DNA of 63,825 nt, counting the filler, from Octopus bimaculoides (taxonomy: Eukaryota), in NCBI RefSeq assembly GCF_001194135.2. It is 6 parts of 6 records of this genome, joined end to end, with 100 filler letters (N's around TTAATTAATTAA, not from the genome) between each part and the next. Parts side by side here need not be neighbours in the genome. Positions count along the whole stretch, not along the records: positions 28,593 to 56,324 come from NC_068995.1; 5 more parts are not named here. One strand, 5' to 3'. The position numbers and the translations under genes are program-made. Numbering within the stretch: position 1 is the first letter of the stretch; every line of letters begins with the position of its first letter. This document shows, piece after piece, positions 37,530 through 51,599 of this stretch. The notes beneath the pieces were generated by a model. That model was not told the DNA's origin, ran no database searches, and saw only the letters and a list, made by a program, of their open reading frames with translations.

Positions 37530-37714
37530 CTGAAAGTCAAGTGTATAAATAGTAGTTAATTTTCCGGTAGATGTAAATTGGATATAAGTTGCATGTTTGG
37601 CAGAAAGAAATTAAACCAGTTAATGATCATGTTGTACATATTTATGTCCTTGTTAATTTCCATGAATTTGAAATGTTATTCCTTTCAAAGAAAGGGAGAA
37701 ACTGACAGACAGAC

Positions 37715-37812
<98 letters not shown>

Positions 37813-38721
37813 GGTGAGGGTGAGGGAGTTACAGAGAATCTATGATGCCGCAACATGCATTCATTTATTGAACTTGCTAAGAAAGCAGCGACATTGATAT
37901 AAATCATTTTAAAGGAAAGTTCGTAATCATCGAAACTTCTTCCTCTAATGAAAATTAATGGTCCGTAATTTACTGGGTCGTTAGATCATTATTGAATACA
38001 TGATATTCATGAAGTTCGATGGTCATAGTGGTTTAGCCCCAGGTCAATCCTGCTCGAGCAAACTTTTCATTAAATCTGCTCTGGCCGTGATCTCCACAGA
38101 TATACAAGACGTATACATAAAATAAGCAAAGGTTTGAGTGCTGAGTAACACGTGTCATTGATCTAGTATTAAAATATAAATGATAATGTGCATAAGACAG
38201 TAAGTAGTCCTTTCTTAAAGATCAAAATATTAAGGCACCTTTTACTTAAGATAGTAAGGTGTAACTGCGGGAGAAGATTTGACTGTTATTAATAGCGAGT
38301 CGAACGACTAGTTAGAGGCTCCTTCGTTGACTCATATGTAGTACAAGTTTCAAATCGATGTACACGGAACCGTTCCCCCTTTTCTGGTATAGATTCAAAG
38401 AAGTATATAATCTAAACACCACAATTTAAAGAAATAGTTTCCCAGTATTATAGCAATGATACAGCTTACTTCGTTGTGATAATGTGTTTTCGAAGTTAGC
38501 GAGACAGATACATTTAACTATTTAGAGAAAGAAACAAAACAGTGTTATTGATGAGAAATCAAACTTCAATTCTTCGCCCCGGTCAATCAATATTATATCA
38601 ATTAGTCTGGCTGAAAAAATATCTATCTCCATGTATTTACAATTTATTTCTCACAGATACTAATTTCTTTGGCATTTCTAATAAAAAGTATGGCTAGTTG
38701 TTTTTTTTTCATTGGCTACAT

Positions 38722-38895
38722 AGGTGCAGGAGTGGCTGTGTGGTAAGTAGCTTGCTTACCAACCACAAGGTTCTGGGTTTAGTCCCACTGCGTGGCACCT
38801 TGGGTAAGTGTCTTCTATTATAGCCTCGGGCCGACCAAAGCCTTCTGAGTGGATTTGGTAGACGGAAACTGAAAGAAGCCCATCGTATATATGTA
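38722..38895 (+). mobile_element. SINE family B
   Basis: GCAGGAGTGGCTGTGTGGTAAGTAGCTTGCTTACCAACCAC...GGTAGACGGAAACTGAAAGAAGCCC. Confidence 0.85.
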
Positions 38896-39869
38896 TGATT
38901 GAGCAGATCTACATTCAGAGGCACTCTAGCTACGACTGTCACGTAATGTAATTAAGACTATCCACTATTTCAAATGGTAACTATGTTGTTATTTAATAGA
39001 GATTTGACTGCTATTTGTGTTTATTAATTCGACTGTAGTTAGCGTTTACGTGCAATGAACCAGACGCCGGTGCACCAGACAATCACATACGTGATGATGA
39101 TGATGACGCTGAAGAGGATGACATACGAGACAGCAGCATCGAAAACGGTAGCTTGTGACACTCATTTAGAAATTTTAAGCTCGTATCTATATCGAAACGC
39201 AAACATCGAAGATGGAATAGTAACGAACCATGTGGTTGCGAAGCAAGCTTCTTACCACAAAGCCACGACTCATTTAAAACGCAAAAACACTATAGATCTT
39301 ATCTCCAAGTGGAACATTTCTCCATTCCTCAAAATGAGGATATTAACAAACTGCAGGATTTGAAAAAAAAAAAAAAAAATAATATTTAAAAAATGTCGGG
39401 AATTGCTGACATCTCGTTACATTAGAAGCAAAGAAATAGGTCTATGACGTCCTTAACTTAATATAGGGCAGATCTATCACAGACACTTCCTTCCATTAAT
39501 AAATACCAATGCTACACAATACGGTGATGGGTTCCACGTTGGATGGAAATAGGTTCTCAGCTAATCGAGTTTGCTATTTGATAACAATCTGGAATTGCTC
39601 CAGATACTCTACACTTCAAGGCTCTAAGTAAAAGTCACGTGACTGTCACAATTTGACATTTACTTCCCACAAAAGTAGTAAAATTCACGAATGAGTGCTT
39701 GTGTTAGAATTTATTTAATTACATTGCAATTGTATTCAACTGGGTGTTTGCTCACTTTAACTTCTCTGACAGGTCTATAAAAGCATCCTAATGAGATCAC
39801 TTAGGAAGCTTCGGATTATTAAATGACATTTTATTTATTTTATTAGAGCAATAAATAAATAAAATAAAA

Positions 39870-40275
39870 TAGGCGCAGGCGTGATGGTGTGTTATGAAGT
39901 TTGCCTCCCAAACCACAGGGCTCTGTATTCTGTCTCACTGCGTGGAACCTTAGGCAAGTTTCTTCTACTGTAACCATGGGCCAACCAAAGTCTTGTGAGT
40001 GGATTTGGTAGACGGAAACTGAAAAAATCCCGTTGCAAATATATATATATATATATATTTGTGTGTGTTTGTGTCTGTGCTTGGTCCGCACTACCGCTTA
40101 ACAACCGGTGTTTTGTGTTTACGTCCCCGTAACGTGGTAGTTTGACAAAAAGAGGCCGATAAAATAAGTATCAGGTTTAAAAAGAAAAAAATATGTTCTA
40201 AGGTCAATTCATTAGACTAAAATTCCACAAGGCAGTGCCCCAGCATGGTCACAGGCTAATGACTGAATCAAGTAA
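39870..40275 (+). mobile_element. SINE family B, full length with 3' body
   Basis: Head as above, internal microsatellite, 3' body GTTTACGTCCCCGTAAC...CAGCATGG...TGACTGAA. Confidence 0.8.
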
Positions 40276-40338
40276 AAACAAATAAAATAAAAAGATATAG
40301 GCACACGTACACAACAAAATAAATAAACTAGGACTCAC

Positions 40339-40706
40339 TTCCTTTGGAATGTATTTCATTTTCATATCTGTCATTAACGTTGAAGATATTTGATCATAAA
40401 ACTTCTTTAGCTGAATTGCAGAATCATTTGACTCGTAGATCCGTTTAACTTCACCTGAATTCTGTAAAGAAATTCTTTGTAACAATTTCATGTCTGCGTC
40501 AGCTCCAAATGAAAGAGAAAATACTGGTGTTTTTGTCAGATTTTCTTTCTGAAGATTATTTAATATGACATTTCGGCTGGATTCCCCAAAAGTTGCACTA
40601 CCATCAGTGAGAAAAAGGATAACTCTGGCTCTGCCTTCAGATGTCGTATTGTCGAGTGTCTTCATCATCTTAGCACCTTCAACGACAGCTCGGTTGATGT
40701 CGGTAC
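40339..40706 (-). CDS. ITIH-like protein exon: C-terminal half of vWA domain
   Basis: (S)TDINRAVVEG...VILFLTDGSATFGE...VFSLSFGADADMKLLQRISLQNSGEVKRIYESNDSAIQLKKFYDQISSTLMTDMKMKYIPKE. Acceptor cttcaattag|, donor GAA|gtgagt. 368 nt, phase 1 to 0, in frame with the 51600 exon. Confidence 0.95.
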
Positions 40707-41035
40707 CTAATTGAAGATAACATCGCATGAATTTTCATAAAACTGAACCGTGTAATCTCCCTGTCACACGCACTTACACAAACTTTACATATATATATAT
40801 TTACGTACACAATACCCCCTCGCAAGATGAGTGAAACAGGAATTGTAACGTATATATATGTCATGTCGCTCGTAGACAGCTTTATTGTGAGAAGATATGA
40901 GTGATAATAGTGGTTTTGATTGCTATTTCTAGACATGTGTTTTTGAAACCCTCTCCGTTATAATTGTGATTTTTCATAATTATAAACACTCTTCTTTTAT
41001 ATATATACAGAGAGAGAGAGAGAGAACGAGAAAGA

Positions 41036-41212
41036 TAGGCGCAGGAGTGAGTGGCTGTGTGGTAAGTAGCTTGCTTACTAACCACATGGTTCCGGGTTCA
41101 GTCCCACTGCGTGGCACCTTGGGCGAGTGTATTCTACTATAGTCTCGGGCCGACCAAAGCCTTGTAAGTAGATTTGGTTGACGGTAACTGAATGAAGCCC
41201 GTCGTATATATA
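41036..41212 (+). mobile_element. SINE family B
   Basis: Close match to the 38722 copy. Confidence 0.85.
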
Positions 41213-41516
41213 NNNNNNNNNNNNNNNNNNNNNNNNNNNNNNNNNNNNNNNNNNNNNNNNNNNNNNNNNNNNNNNNNNNNNNNNNNNNNNNNNNNNNNNN
41301 NNNNNNNNNNNNNNNNNNNNNNNNNNNNNNNNNNNNNNNNNNNNNNNNNNNNNNNNNNNNNNNNNNNNNNNNNNNNNNNNNNNNNNNNNNNNNNNNNNNN
41401 NNNNNNNNNNNNNNNNNNNNNNNNNNNNNNNNNNNNNNNNNNNNNNNNNNNNNNNNNNNNNNNNNNNNNNNNNNNNNNNNNNNNNNNNNNNNNNNNNNNN
41501 NNNNNNNNNNNNNNNN

Positions 41517-41644
41517 NTATGTATTTTGTTTAGCGCTTTCTTCCGCTATCGGATTTATCAAAAAAGTGGTTTACAGTAAGTTTGATTCGCCTTTTTTTTA
41601 ATATAAAATTGAAGCTGATGATGTTTTAGAAAGGGAGGGAGAGA

Positions 41645-41680
<36 letters not shown>

Positions 41681-42660
41681 GAGAGAGAGAGAGAGATAAA
41701 TAGAGAAAGAGAGAGAAAGAGAGACAGAGAGAGAAGAGAGAGAGGAGGAAATTAGAAAGGATGGTGTAGCCGTGAGAGAGAAAGAGAGAGTGGGAGATAG
41801 GGAAGATAGAGAAAAGAAAGTAGAAGGAATGTGTTTTGGGATTGCATTCTTGTCTTTTTGTGGGGTTTGCAAAGGAAGGGAAAAGAAAGAAAAAGATTGA
41901 GAGGGAGTGGGAGGTAAAGGAGACGTGGCCTTTGAATCCGTGTGGTCAGAATTGTTTGATTAGGATTCAACATGCTGTTTTTATCCACTTAGTGACGTTT
42001 TCCGTGGGGGAGAAAAGGAATTTTTGCATTCAAGTAGTCAAAGTTTTTAATTGGAAAACCATATATTGTTTCTGATTTTCTCCTGTAAGAATTACAATTA
42101 CATTTTTAATTCTTTAATGTATTCATTAATGTTAGTGGGAGAGAATGGTTGTATGATTGTGGTCAAATTTTCTGATTAAAATTCCAGATGTTTTCGTTTT
42201 AGCCGTGTCGTTGTTTTTGAAAGATTGATTAAAAAAAAAAATTCAGATCATATTTATAATTGAGAAACACTTTCTCACACATAAACTTTTTTCAGATTGC
42301 ATTTAAAATCTTAACTATACTTACTTAAATATCCCTCTTTCAAAAACACCCCAAAAAAACAAGAATGCAATCCCAAAACACAATCCTACTTTCTTTTCTC
42401 TACCATCATTATCTCGCACTCTCTCCTCCTCTCTCACCCCTACACCTTTCTTTCTATTTTTTCCTCTCTTCCCTCTCTTTTTCTCCCTCTTTCTTTCTCT
42501 CTCTTTTTCTCCCTCTTTCTTTCTCTCTCTCTCTCTCTCCCTCTAAAACATCAGTTTCAATTTTGTTTAAAAAGGTGAAGCAAACTTACTGTAAATCACT
42601 TTTTTCAATAAATGTGATAAAGGAAGAAAGCGCTAAAAATGTAAATAAAAATATACATAA
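41517..42660. repeat. Long imperfect inverted repeat (arms about 41517-41880 and 42333-42660)
   Basis: TTTAGCGCTTTCTTCC...AAAAAAGTGxTTTACAGTAAGTTTG...(GA)n...GGGATTGCATTCTTGT mirrored on the opposite strand. Confidence 0.85.
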
Positions 42661-42742
42661 TCAGCAAACATTCTGACTACCTTGTTATTCTCAATATACA
42701 ATACCTGTACATCACTTCAAAAACTTCCTGTCACTCTATATA

Positions 42743-42791
<49 letters not shown>

Positions 42792-43127
42792 NNNNNNNNN
42801 NNNNNNNNNNNNNNNNNNNNNNNNNNNNNNNNNNNNNNNNNNNNNNNNNNNNNNNNNNNNNNNNNNNNNNNNNNNNNNNNNNNNNNNNNNNNNNNNNNNN
42901 NNNNNNNNNNNNNNNNNNNNNNNNNNNNNNNNNNNNNNNNNNNNNNNNNNNNNNNNNNNNNNNNNNNNNNNNNNNNNNNNNNNNNNNNNNNNNNNNNNNN
43001 NNNNNNNNNNNNNNNNNNNNNNNNNNNNNNNNNNNNNNNNNNNNNNNNNNNNNNNNNNNNNNNNNNNNNNNNNNNNNNNNNNNNNNNNNNNNNNNNNNNN
43101 CGTGTGTAGAGTGGTGTACAGATATTG

Positions 43128-43732
43128 TATATTGAGAAAAAAAGGTCACCAACATTTTTTGAAAAAATTTTATTTATTTAATCATTATTATTAGCGCTTT
43201 CGTTCGTTTTTCGAACCTGTCAGATAAGATTGTGGATGTGCAAACAGGTTGTTCATTTATATAAAACAGATGTTTTTAGTGTTTTGTTTAGAAGAGAACA
43301 TTGGTTTTGTTCTTTTTTTGTTTTTTGTGAGGTTCCAGGACAATGGATATAGATAGATAGATATATAGATAGACAGATAGATAGGTAGGGAGAGGGAGGG
43401 ACCCCACTTCCATTTGACTATATTCACCATTAATTTATTTATCCATCCTTGAACCCATATCAATACAATGGTAAATGACTAAATAAATAAATGAACGGTA
43501 AATACATGTCACTCTCTCTCTCTCTCTCTCTCTATCTATCCCCATTGTCCTAGAAACCTCACCCCTCAAAAAAAAAAGCAAAACAAAAACAATGTTCTCC
43601 TTTTCTAAACAAAACAAAACATGTTTTATATAAATGAACCTGCTTGCACCTTCACGAACGAAAACGTTAATAATAATGAATAAATAAATTTTTTTTCCCA
43701 AAATCCTAATGACCTCCTTTTTTCTCAATATA
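43128..43732. repeat. Long imperfect inverted repeat (arms about 43128-43385 and 43512-43732)
   Basis: TATATTGAGAAAAA...TCATTATTATTAxCG...TTCATTTATATAAAACA...AGGACAATGG mirrored on the opposite strand. Confidence 0.85.
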
Positions 43733-44789
43733 TATATGTATATATATACACGTGTGCGTTTGTCTGTAATGTGCATGTAGTAACTTACACGCTAAAGTTT
43801 TCCGCTATTGGCTAGCAATTTAGACACATAAGTCTTCTGCACTGGCAGATTGGAAAGCTAACGACACGGCCACCATCATGTATTTGACTTCTCCGATTAC
43901 TATGGATGTCAGTCGAAGATGATGGCGTCCAAATTCCTGGACCGTTGCACGAAACTGTAGTAGAGAGATAGCTACATATGCTAAACACAGATACACACAG
44001 CCGTATACATATAAAATGAATCACTTTATTGCAATATTTGAATATGGAAATTGCTTTGTATTAAATAATAGCTTTGGATAGAAATATACGATCGAATGGA
44101 GGTTAATGACTGAATGCTGTAACGAAAAGTAGACAAAGTATAGACGTTATTGCTCTCTAATAATTCTGTCCTCCGAGAAATTAAATTAATTGCATACGTA
44201 ATTAGATTGATCATTTAGCAAATAATTACATAAGCTAATTTGAAAAATAACATAAGAACCTAATTTTAAACATATCGAACTGATTAGAGTAAAATCTTAG
44301 CTGTTTGATAACATTTTTCTCTCTCACCAGGAAAAAAAAATTAATTAGAACTGAATATTTGGTCCCTTGAGAAATAAAATTAATTAAATTTGGAATTAAT
44401 TATTCAATTTGTTGATACTTTAACCAGATTAAAAACTGAAGACACCGTGAAAATACCAATTTAGACAGATTTCTTTGGGAAAAAAATGGAGAATAATATT
44501 CTTGCTTGAAGTATTTTAATTATTGATGTTATTTGAACAAGCTGAAACGATACAGATATTATATAGGACATGATACAGAAAGAACTTCTGGACCACGCCT
44601 TAGAACACGGTGAAGAATATTGCAAATAGTAAAGATTCTTTCAAGAAGGAGAAAGGATGAAATTCTGAGAGGATGTTTCTATTAAAAGACATGAAATAAA
44701 AAAGTAAATAAACAATTAAATAATGAATTCACAATTTATAATAAAGATTAATATATTGGTTTTAAATTTTTGCACAAGTAATTTTGGGG

Positions 44790-44965
44790 TGGTAGGGTGA
44801 GTCGATTTGATCGACCCCAGTGTTCAAATGGTACTTATTTTATCGACCCTGAAAGGGTTAAAAGCGAAGTCGCTCTCCACGACATTTGAACTCAAACTGG
44901 AAAGACGGACGATATGTCGCTAAATACTCCCCCCCCCACCACCGTGCTAAAAATTCTGCCAGCTA
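44790..44965 (-). mobile_element. SINE family A
   Basis: TCGACCCCAG...TACTTATTTTATCGACCC...TTTGAACTC...TTCTGCCAGCT. Confidence 0.75.
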
Positions 44966-45200
44966 ATCGCGCTTGAGAAGAGAGATATATTGAAATATTT
45001 ATAAAAGATTACTGGTAACAATTGTATCGAACCAGGAAATATGAAATACAAAGGCTTTCACGCCAGATTTACCCTCTAAACGTTACATATATATACAAGT
45101 GTAAATACATATATATTTACGAATACATAAGTATAAATACATATATATGTATGCATACGTAAGTATGAATATATATATACACAGTATTTGTACATATATT

Positions 45201-45278
<78 letters not shown>

Positions 45279-45584
45279 CATACACATACTGATGTACGTA
45301 TTTATAAGTGTATTTATATATGTATTCTTTTCTACTCTAGGCCCGAAATTTCTGGGGAGGGGGCAAGCCGATTAGATCTATCCCAGNNNNNNNNNNNNNN
45401 NNNNNNNNNNNNNNNNNNNNNNNNNNNNNNNNNNNNNNNNNNNNNNNNNNNNNNNNNNNNNNNNNNNNNNNNNNNNNNNNNNNNNNNNNNNNNNNNNNNN
45501 NNNNNNNNNNNNNNNNNNNNNNNNNNNNNNNNNGTGTGTGTGTGTGTGTGTGTGTGTAAATATAAGCATTTATATAGGTATAAG

Positions 45585-45624
<40 letters not shown>

Positions 45625-45984
45625 CACACACACACACATAATTGCATGGACACACACACGCACACGTTTATGTATGTAATGTATATGATGAACTTTAAAT
45701 TATTAGCAATAAAAATAATTATAATGATAATCAAAATTATAGATCTTATCATAATAGCAACCACTTTGAAATCATTATAAGTTAACGATCCAGTAGCGGT
45801 AGGGTGTTTTACAACGGTGTTATTAGAATGAAATAAAATGAGCTATGCTAGTGGTTTCCATCGCCCATGGGGGAACGGTCCAGATGGGATGCGTCGGAAG
45901 GAGTCCCAAATGTAAAGGCAACACGATAAAATCTTTTGTCCAGAAATTCGCCAATGCACTTCTCCTTCAAGTCGACGTAAGGTG

Positions 45985-46340
45985 AGCGGGAACAGTTGTT
46001 AGCACGCTGGATAAAATTTTTAGCGATATTTCTTCTAGCTCTTTACGAACCGAGTTCAAATTCCACCTAGGTCATCTTTGTCTTTCATCCTTTCGGGGTC
46101 GATAAAATAAGTAGCAGTTTAACAGTGGGGTCTAGATAAACGACAAGCGCAGCACCTGAACATTTTGGGCGTTTTGTTACAGGTAGAAAGGATCATTATT
46201 ACTCAGGTAGAAAGCTGACAGTCGTGGGCTATCCAGACAAACGCTTAGCGGCATTTCGTTCCGAATTCAAATTCTGCCGAGCTCAACTTCAGGGGTCGAT
46301 GAAATAAGTACGAGTTGAGCATTGGGGTTGATGTAATCGT
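45985..46340 (+). mobile_element. Two tandem SINE family A copies
   Basis: GTTAGCACGC...GAGTTCAAATTCC...GGGGTCGATAAAATAAGTA at about 46000 and again at about 46240. Confidence 0.7.
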
Positions 46341-47759
46341 TTAGCGACACCAACAAACAAGCAATCTCCTGGCTGGGCCTAAGGTAAAAATGGGGTTGTG
46401 TAAGGCTAAAACATCCCTATCTAGAAAATATGCAAAGTTACAGAAGCACTAATGACACTTCAAACCAGCAAGACCTGAAAGAAGTAAGACCTACCCTCAG
46501 GGCTGGATAGGCTACAGAAAGTCGAGAACATTGCGGACAACCGTCGTCAGGCTTTGTTCCATAGAGTGTGAAGTGCTTAACGGAACTAATTCCATTTTAA
46601 AGGCGGTATGGTATGGTTAATTGGAGGTGTATGACACAGTGGTTAGGAAGATGGATTCATGATCGAAAGATTGTGGCTTCAACTCCTGGACCAGGCGACT
46701 CGTGTTCTTCAGTAAAACAATTCATTTTATGTTGCTCGAGTCCACTCAGTCATCAAATATGAGTAATTTTGCGACAGACCGGCGTCCCATCCAGGGAGTG
46801 GGGTTAATATATACGCCACAGAAACTGAGAAACCAACCGTTATGGGGCCATAGAGCTCGAAAAGATGCTTTATCATTTTATGATATGATGAGGTGGCGGA
46901 ATCTCTATGCTTTGAGATCATCTCTTATTGTGGTCAATTTTACCTCTCGGGGATCGATAATCCAGAGACGTGAATTCTCGGAACCGGATGTAAGCTTCAG
47001 ATCTAACTAAAATATTGCCAAAAGCACCGTCGTCATCTTGCAGGGCTAGCGTGAGGAGTAAGGAAATCCGCGAAACTAAGGACAGCGCCAAATACACAGC
47101 GCTGGGTAGAGCCGAGAGAAATATTCCTCCAGCTAGAGAGGCACATGTGCCTTGGTGAATGCATGTCAAAGAACGGTGTGATTTGAGGGCGGTTTCATAT
47201 TTCTGGCTGGAAGAGTGATCATATAGAAGGTCCCGCTTTACCTCACTTGACTTGTGTCTAAATATATGTGGAAGACTTGACACAATTCATTACAATTGCA
47301 AATAAGTAATTGTATGGGAATATATGAAAATATTGAAGAAAAGTTAAATCAGGTCGACTGAAAATATTTAAAAAATAAGTGCAATGTTATCAAATTACAC
47401 CATTCTTTATCTGAAATTATGACTGTGGAAATCAGGCATTAGTGTTTATGAATAAGTATTCCTTAAGCTTAGCCTAACTTTTTAACAATACTAAATCTTT
47501 TCAAGGTCTTTCAAAAAGTCTTGGAAATGTCACCACTTCTTTCTCTCCATTAAAAAATAAAACCACAGAAGTGTTAAAACCCATATTATACATACATGGC
47601 AGTATTTAGTTTAGTACGCATGTGTCAGAAACTCTAATACAGCCAAGGTCGACTTCGTCTTTAATCCATTTGGCGTCAATAAATCAAGTACGATTTAATC
47701 AAATATATATGTCACATCCTCAAAATGAGGATATGACATGCATTTGACTGAAGCCTGTT

Positions 47760-48085
47760 GGCGCAGGCGTTGCTGTGTGGTAAAAAGTTTGCTTCCCAAC
47801 CACATCATTCCAGGTTCAGTCTGGTTGGTACCTTGGGCAAGTGTCTTCTACTATAGCTTCGGGTCGATCAAAGCCTTCTCAGTGGATTTGCTAGACGGAA
47901 ATTGAAAAGAAGCCCGCTGCGTATATATCACTGATGGCGTGTTTACGTCCCTTGAATTTAGCGGTTCGGCAAAACGGACCGATAGAATAAGTACCAGCTT
48001 TAAATGATAGTAGGATCGATTAATTTAACTAAGTATTCTTTAAGGCAGTGCCTCAGCATCGCCGCCCTCTAGTGATTGGAAAAGG
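47760..48085 (+). mobile_element. SINE family B, full length
   Basis: GGCGCAGGCGTTGCTGTGTGG...AGACGGAAATTGAAAAGAAGCCC...GTTTACGTCC. Confidence 0.8.
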
Positions 48086-48499
48086 ATAAAATATAGCTAC
48101 AAAAGAAATAGGTTTAAAGATATCTGTAGGGTTAAAATGTGTGCTTTGCAACCATGTGGTTCTACTTTCCATCCTACCGCGCGGCACAGAGGCGTTTTTA
48201 TAATAAGCTTGGATTGATCAGTATCTTTTGAGTGGATTTCAGTGTTTTGGATCCTATAAAAAAAATCTGTTATGTGTGCCTGTGTGTATTTGGTTAAAAA
48301 GAGACGATGAGCTATGGCTAGAAGAATATAAAGCTTTATTTAATAACCAAATGATCTAGCAAGCGGGCCTCATATCAGTGAGGGGTCCGGTGCGCAATGA
48401 TGCCGTCGAGAAGAAGGCTCCAAACGGCACGCGTTCTCTCCTGATCACCTCATACACTTGCTGGCTCTTCTGGTATGCAGAACTTTCGACTAGTAGCAC

Positions 48500-48925
48500 T
48501 TACATGTGCAAGTTGTTTGCAAAACATCTAAATCGTGGTTTCGGGTTCGGTTCTACTACTCGGCACCTTGGGCTCATAACGTCTACTATAACCGTAGTCT
48601 GACCAGTGTCTTGTGATTGAATTTTGGTAGATGGAGACTGTGTGGAAGCCTGTTATATACACACTACATATGTGTGTGTGCGCGCGCGCGCGCGCGCGCG
48701 TACAAGTGTTTGTCTTTGGGTCTGAGTTGTGCTTGTCCCCCATCCCAACTTCACAACCAGTGTTGGTTGGTTTATGTCCTTGTAACATAACCTTTCGGAA
48801 AAAAGGGACCGGTAGAATGACTACGAGGTTAACAAAATGTTTAGGCGTCGATTTATTTGGCTAAACCCTTCAAGGCAGCGTCCCAGCATAGCCAGAGTCT
48901 AATGACTGAAACAAGCAAACGCTAC
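48500..48925 (+). mobile_element. SINE family B, diverged, with internal (GT)n(CG)10 tract
   Basis: Same head and body order as 47760. Confidence 0.7.
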
Positions 48926-51478
48926 GAAGATATGTATACGCAGGCATGGCTAAGTTGTTTAAAATGAGGTGGTGAGTTCTATCCTACCGCGTGCTACTTT
49001 GTACAATCTTCTTTTGCTGTATATTCTTGGCCTCATCTTTCGAAGACCAAATCCTCTCTCACGGAATGTCACACTAAAACTACTCAAGAGTTTTGTAAAG
49101 AATACACGAATCTTTGAGATATTCTACTCTAGTGCAAGCGACTGACTGAGTTGGTAATTCAGTATATCAAACAACTTGGATAACCATCGCCGATACCGAC
49201 TGAGGACCATTGACTTGATGATTGAAGTCAAAGCTGACTTCGGCAGTATTCAAACTTTTAAACAGAATGAGGCATTACTAAACAGTTCCATGCATTAAAT
49301 CCAACACTCCAAGAAGACTTCTACACGACTGCCCTTTAGATCTCTAGGTGAGAACGAGAGGATAGTGCAAATTGAATTAAGTTCGCTACAATATTGTTAT
49401 GTTCGGTGGAAAGCGGTAAGAGGTTACTCGACCTGCTAGTCATAACAAGCGTAGCCTCTGGAAAGTGATACTCAAGTTAATTCTTACCTACTCATGAGAC
49501 TGAGTTGTACAATGAAATTGTTGCGGTGTCCTCCATATGGCAATAGAATCAAAAACGTATTTTGTATGGTAATCAAAATGTTTGTATAGTAATTAATATG
49601 CCTTTAATTAGTTTCACATATTCACACAGACACACAGACTCACGCGCACACGCACACATAAACCCCCCCACACACACACATGTATGCATATATGTATTTG
49701 ACTTGTGTGTTGTGTCTTAGACACATTGATGTTTTTATTTATTTCTTACATTTTCACAGAGCGGTATATGATTTTCAAACCTCTTTTCAGACCAACCAAA
49801 CAATTATATAATATTTTTAATTAATAAAATTATTTGGCCTCCTGATTAAATTTGTAAACTCTATACTAAACCTTCCGATTTCTAGCAATTTGAAATGATG
49901 TTATTTAATTAGGTACAAATTTGGCATTCAGCACTTTTCGTGTCGATATTTCTAATGAGATACATTTCCTTGATGATTATAATTGAAAACGTGAAAGGAT
50001 GCAGTAAAAATATCTAGTTTTTCTTTATTGAATGCTTTTAATTTGGAACTTAACTTTATGTAAGTTTGTTACATAAAATTATACTGGAAAATTTTCGATA
50101 CAAACTCTTTAAAACGGCACGTTTTGTATCATAGATTCTGTGTTGGTCTCAGGTAGTTTGGTATTAAAAAATCATTAATGAGCACTATCGATCACTTTGA
50201 TCAATCACAATAAAAGACCTCAAAGCGTTATTAGAGAGGCACTCTGAATAGCATTTACTGCCTAAGTTAAGTAAATCGATTTTAAAAGATCTGAATGAAT
50301 GTTTACCTGTTGGGTGCTAAAAATGTTATCTTGCATTGATTTTTGCACGTAGAGCTAAAGAATATATTTTCTTATTCTTTAGATAGTTTCATGCCGAGGC
50401 AATACTTTTAAGGCGTGTCTTTGTCAGGTTGCTATTTAGTTTTCTGATTTGACTACTTAAGCACTCAGATCAAAGATGACTTAATCTTTGATTAGGATCT
50501 GAAGCTGAAGAAGAGGAGCGACTGATGGCTCTGCGGGGTACTCAGGAAAATACGATGATGCACATCGAGTTCAGGTCCTTTCTGATAGTTCTAGGATCTT
50601 GAGCAACCAGGGCAATATCGTGCTGACTCACTTCTTTCCATTGGGTTTCAGAGTCAACATCATCACTTGCATCGATGTGCTAGTCATGTGAACAAGACCT
50701 AGATTGAAGAGGGTGCCCAGGGAGGGAGGACTGCGTCTCCCTGTGAGGCCCTGCTCCATCCTACATGGTGCTCTGGAGTAATTGGCCGAGAGTTTTTACT
50801 ATCATGTGACATTCAACACACAGATTCCTCACTAGATCCCCTGGTTCGTACACTTGGCTTGCGGTAGCTGGCGTCATTGGTTGGAAATAGACATGCAGTC
50901 TCATTAGTGAAAGGCTCTTTAGGAGCTGCCACTGTGTACGTTGCATATGTGTCTGCGTGTGGAGGGGAGGAGTTATCTGACTGTAACCTGAATGCAGTTT
51001 TGTCGAGTAGCCTGTTCTTTGTTGTATGAACGCGAATGTGTGCTGTTTTTGTTTCAATTTTTTTTGTCTTATTTTAATGTTTTGTTTGTTTTGTCAGTAA
51101 ATGTTAATCGAAGCATGATAAATGATTGGATAGATAAACTAAATAAATAAATGAATAATTTTTATTATTATTATTTACACCATCATCTATATTTTATATC
51201 TACCTGTCTGTCTCACTCCGCCACCATTATCGTTCTCTTCAATCTTTCTGTCCATCCACTTCTCTATTCCCTTTTCATTTATTAAATGTTTCTAACAGTG
51301 GAAGTCGAAGTAGATAAAGCTATAAAATTATCGTAAGATTGGACTAAAAAAATTCTTAGACAGAAAAATATGGAATCTCCTCATGGAACCCGAACCTACA
51401 CCTTTCTTAAATTTAACAGATGTAGTTACACAGAAGTTACTTTAATGGAATTGGATCATCGAGTACCTGTCGCTTCAA

Positions 51479-51523
<45 letters not shown>

Positions 51524-51599
51524 CATTCTACGAAGAATTTATCCATATATTCAACAAACATACAAACAAAACCGATGAAGTAAAAATGGCAATACTTAC

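Noticed and set aside
46918-47283. 121-aa minus ORF
   Set aside because: No splice signals or known motifs; lies among SINE fragments.
50480-51057. GC-richer block with a 98-aa minus ORF
   Set aside because: Interrupted by stops with no recognisable domain; probably a decayed retroelement fragment that I cannot assign.
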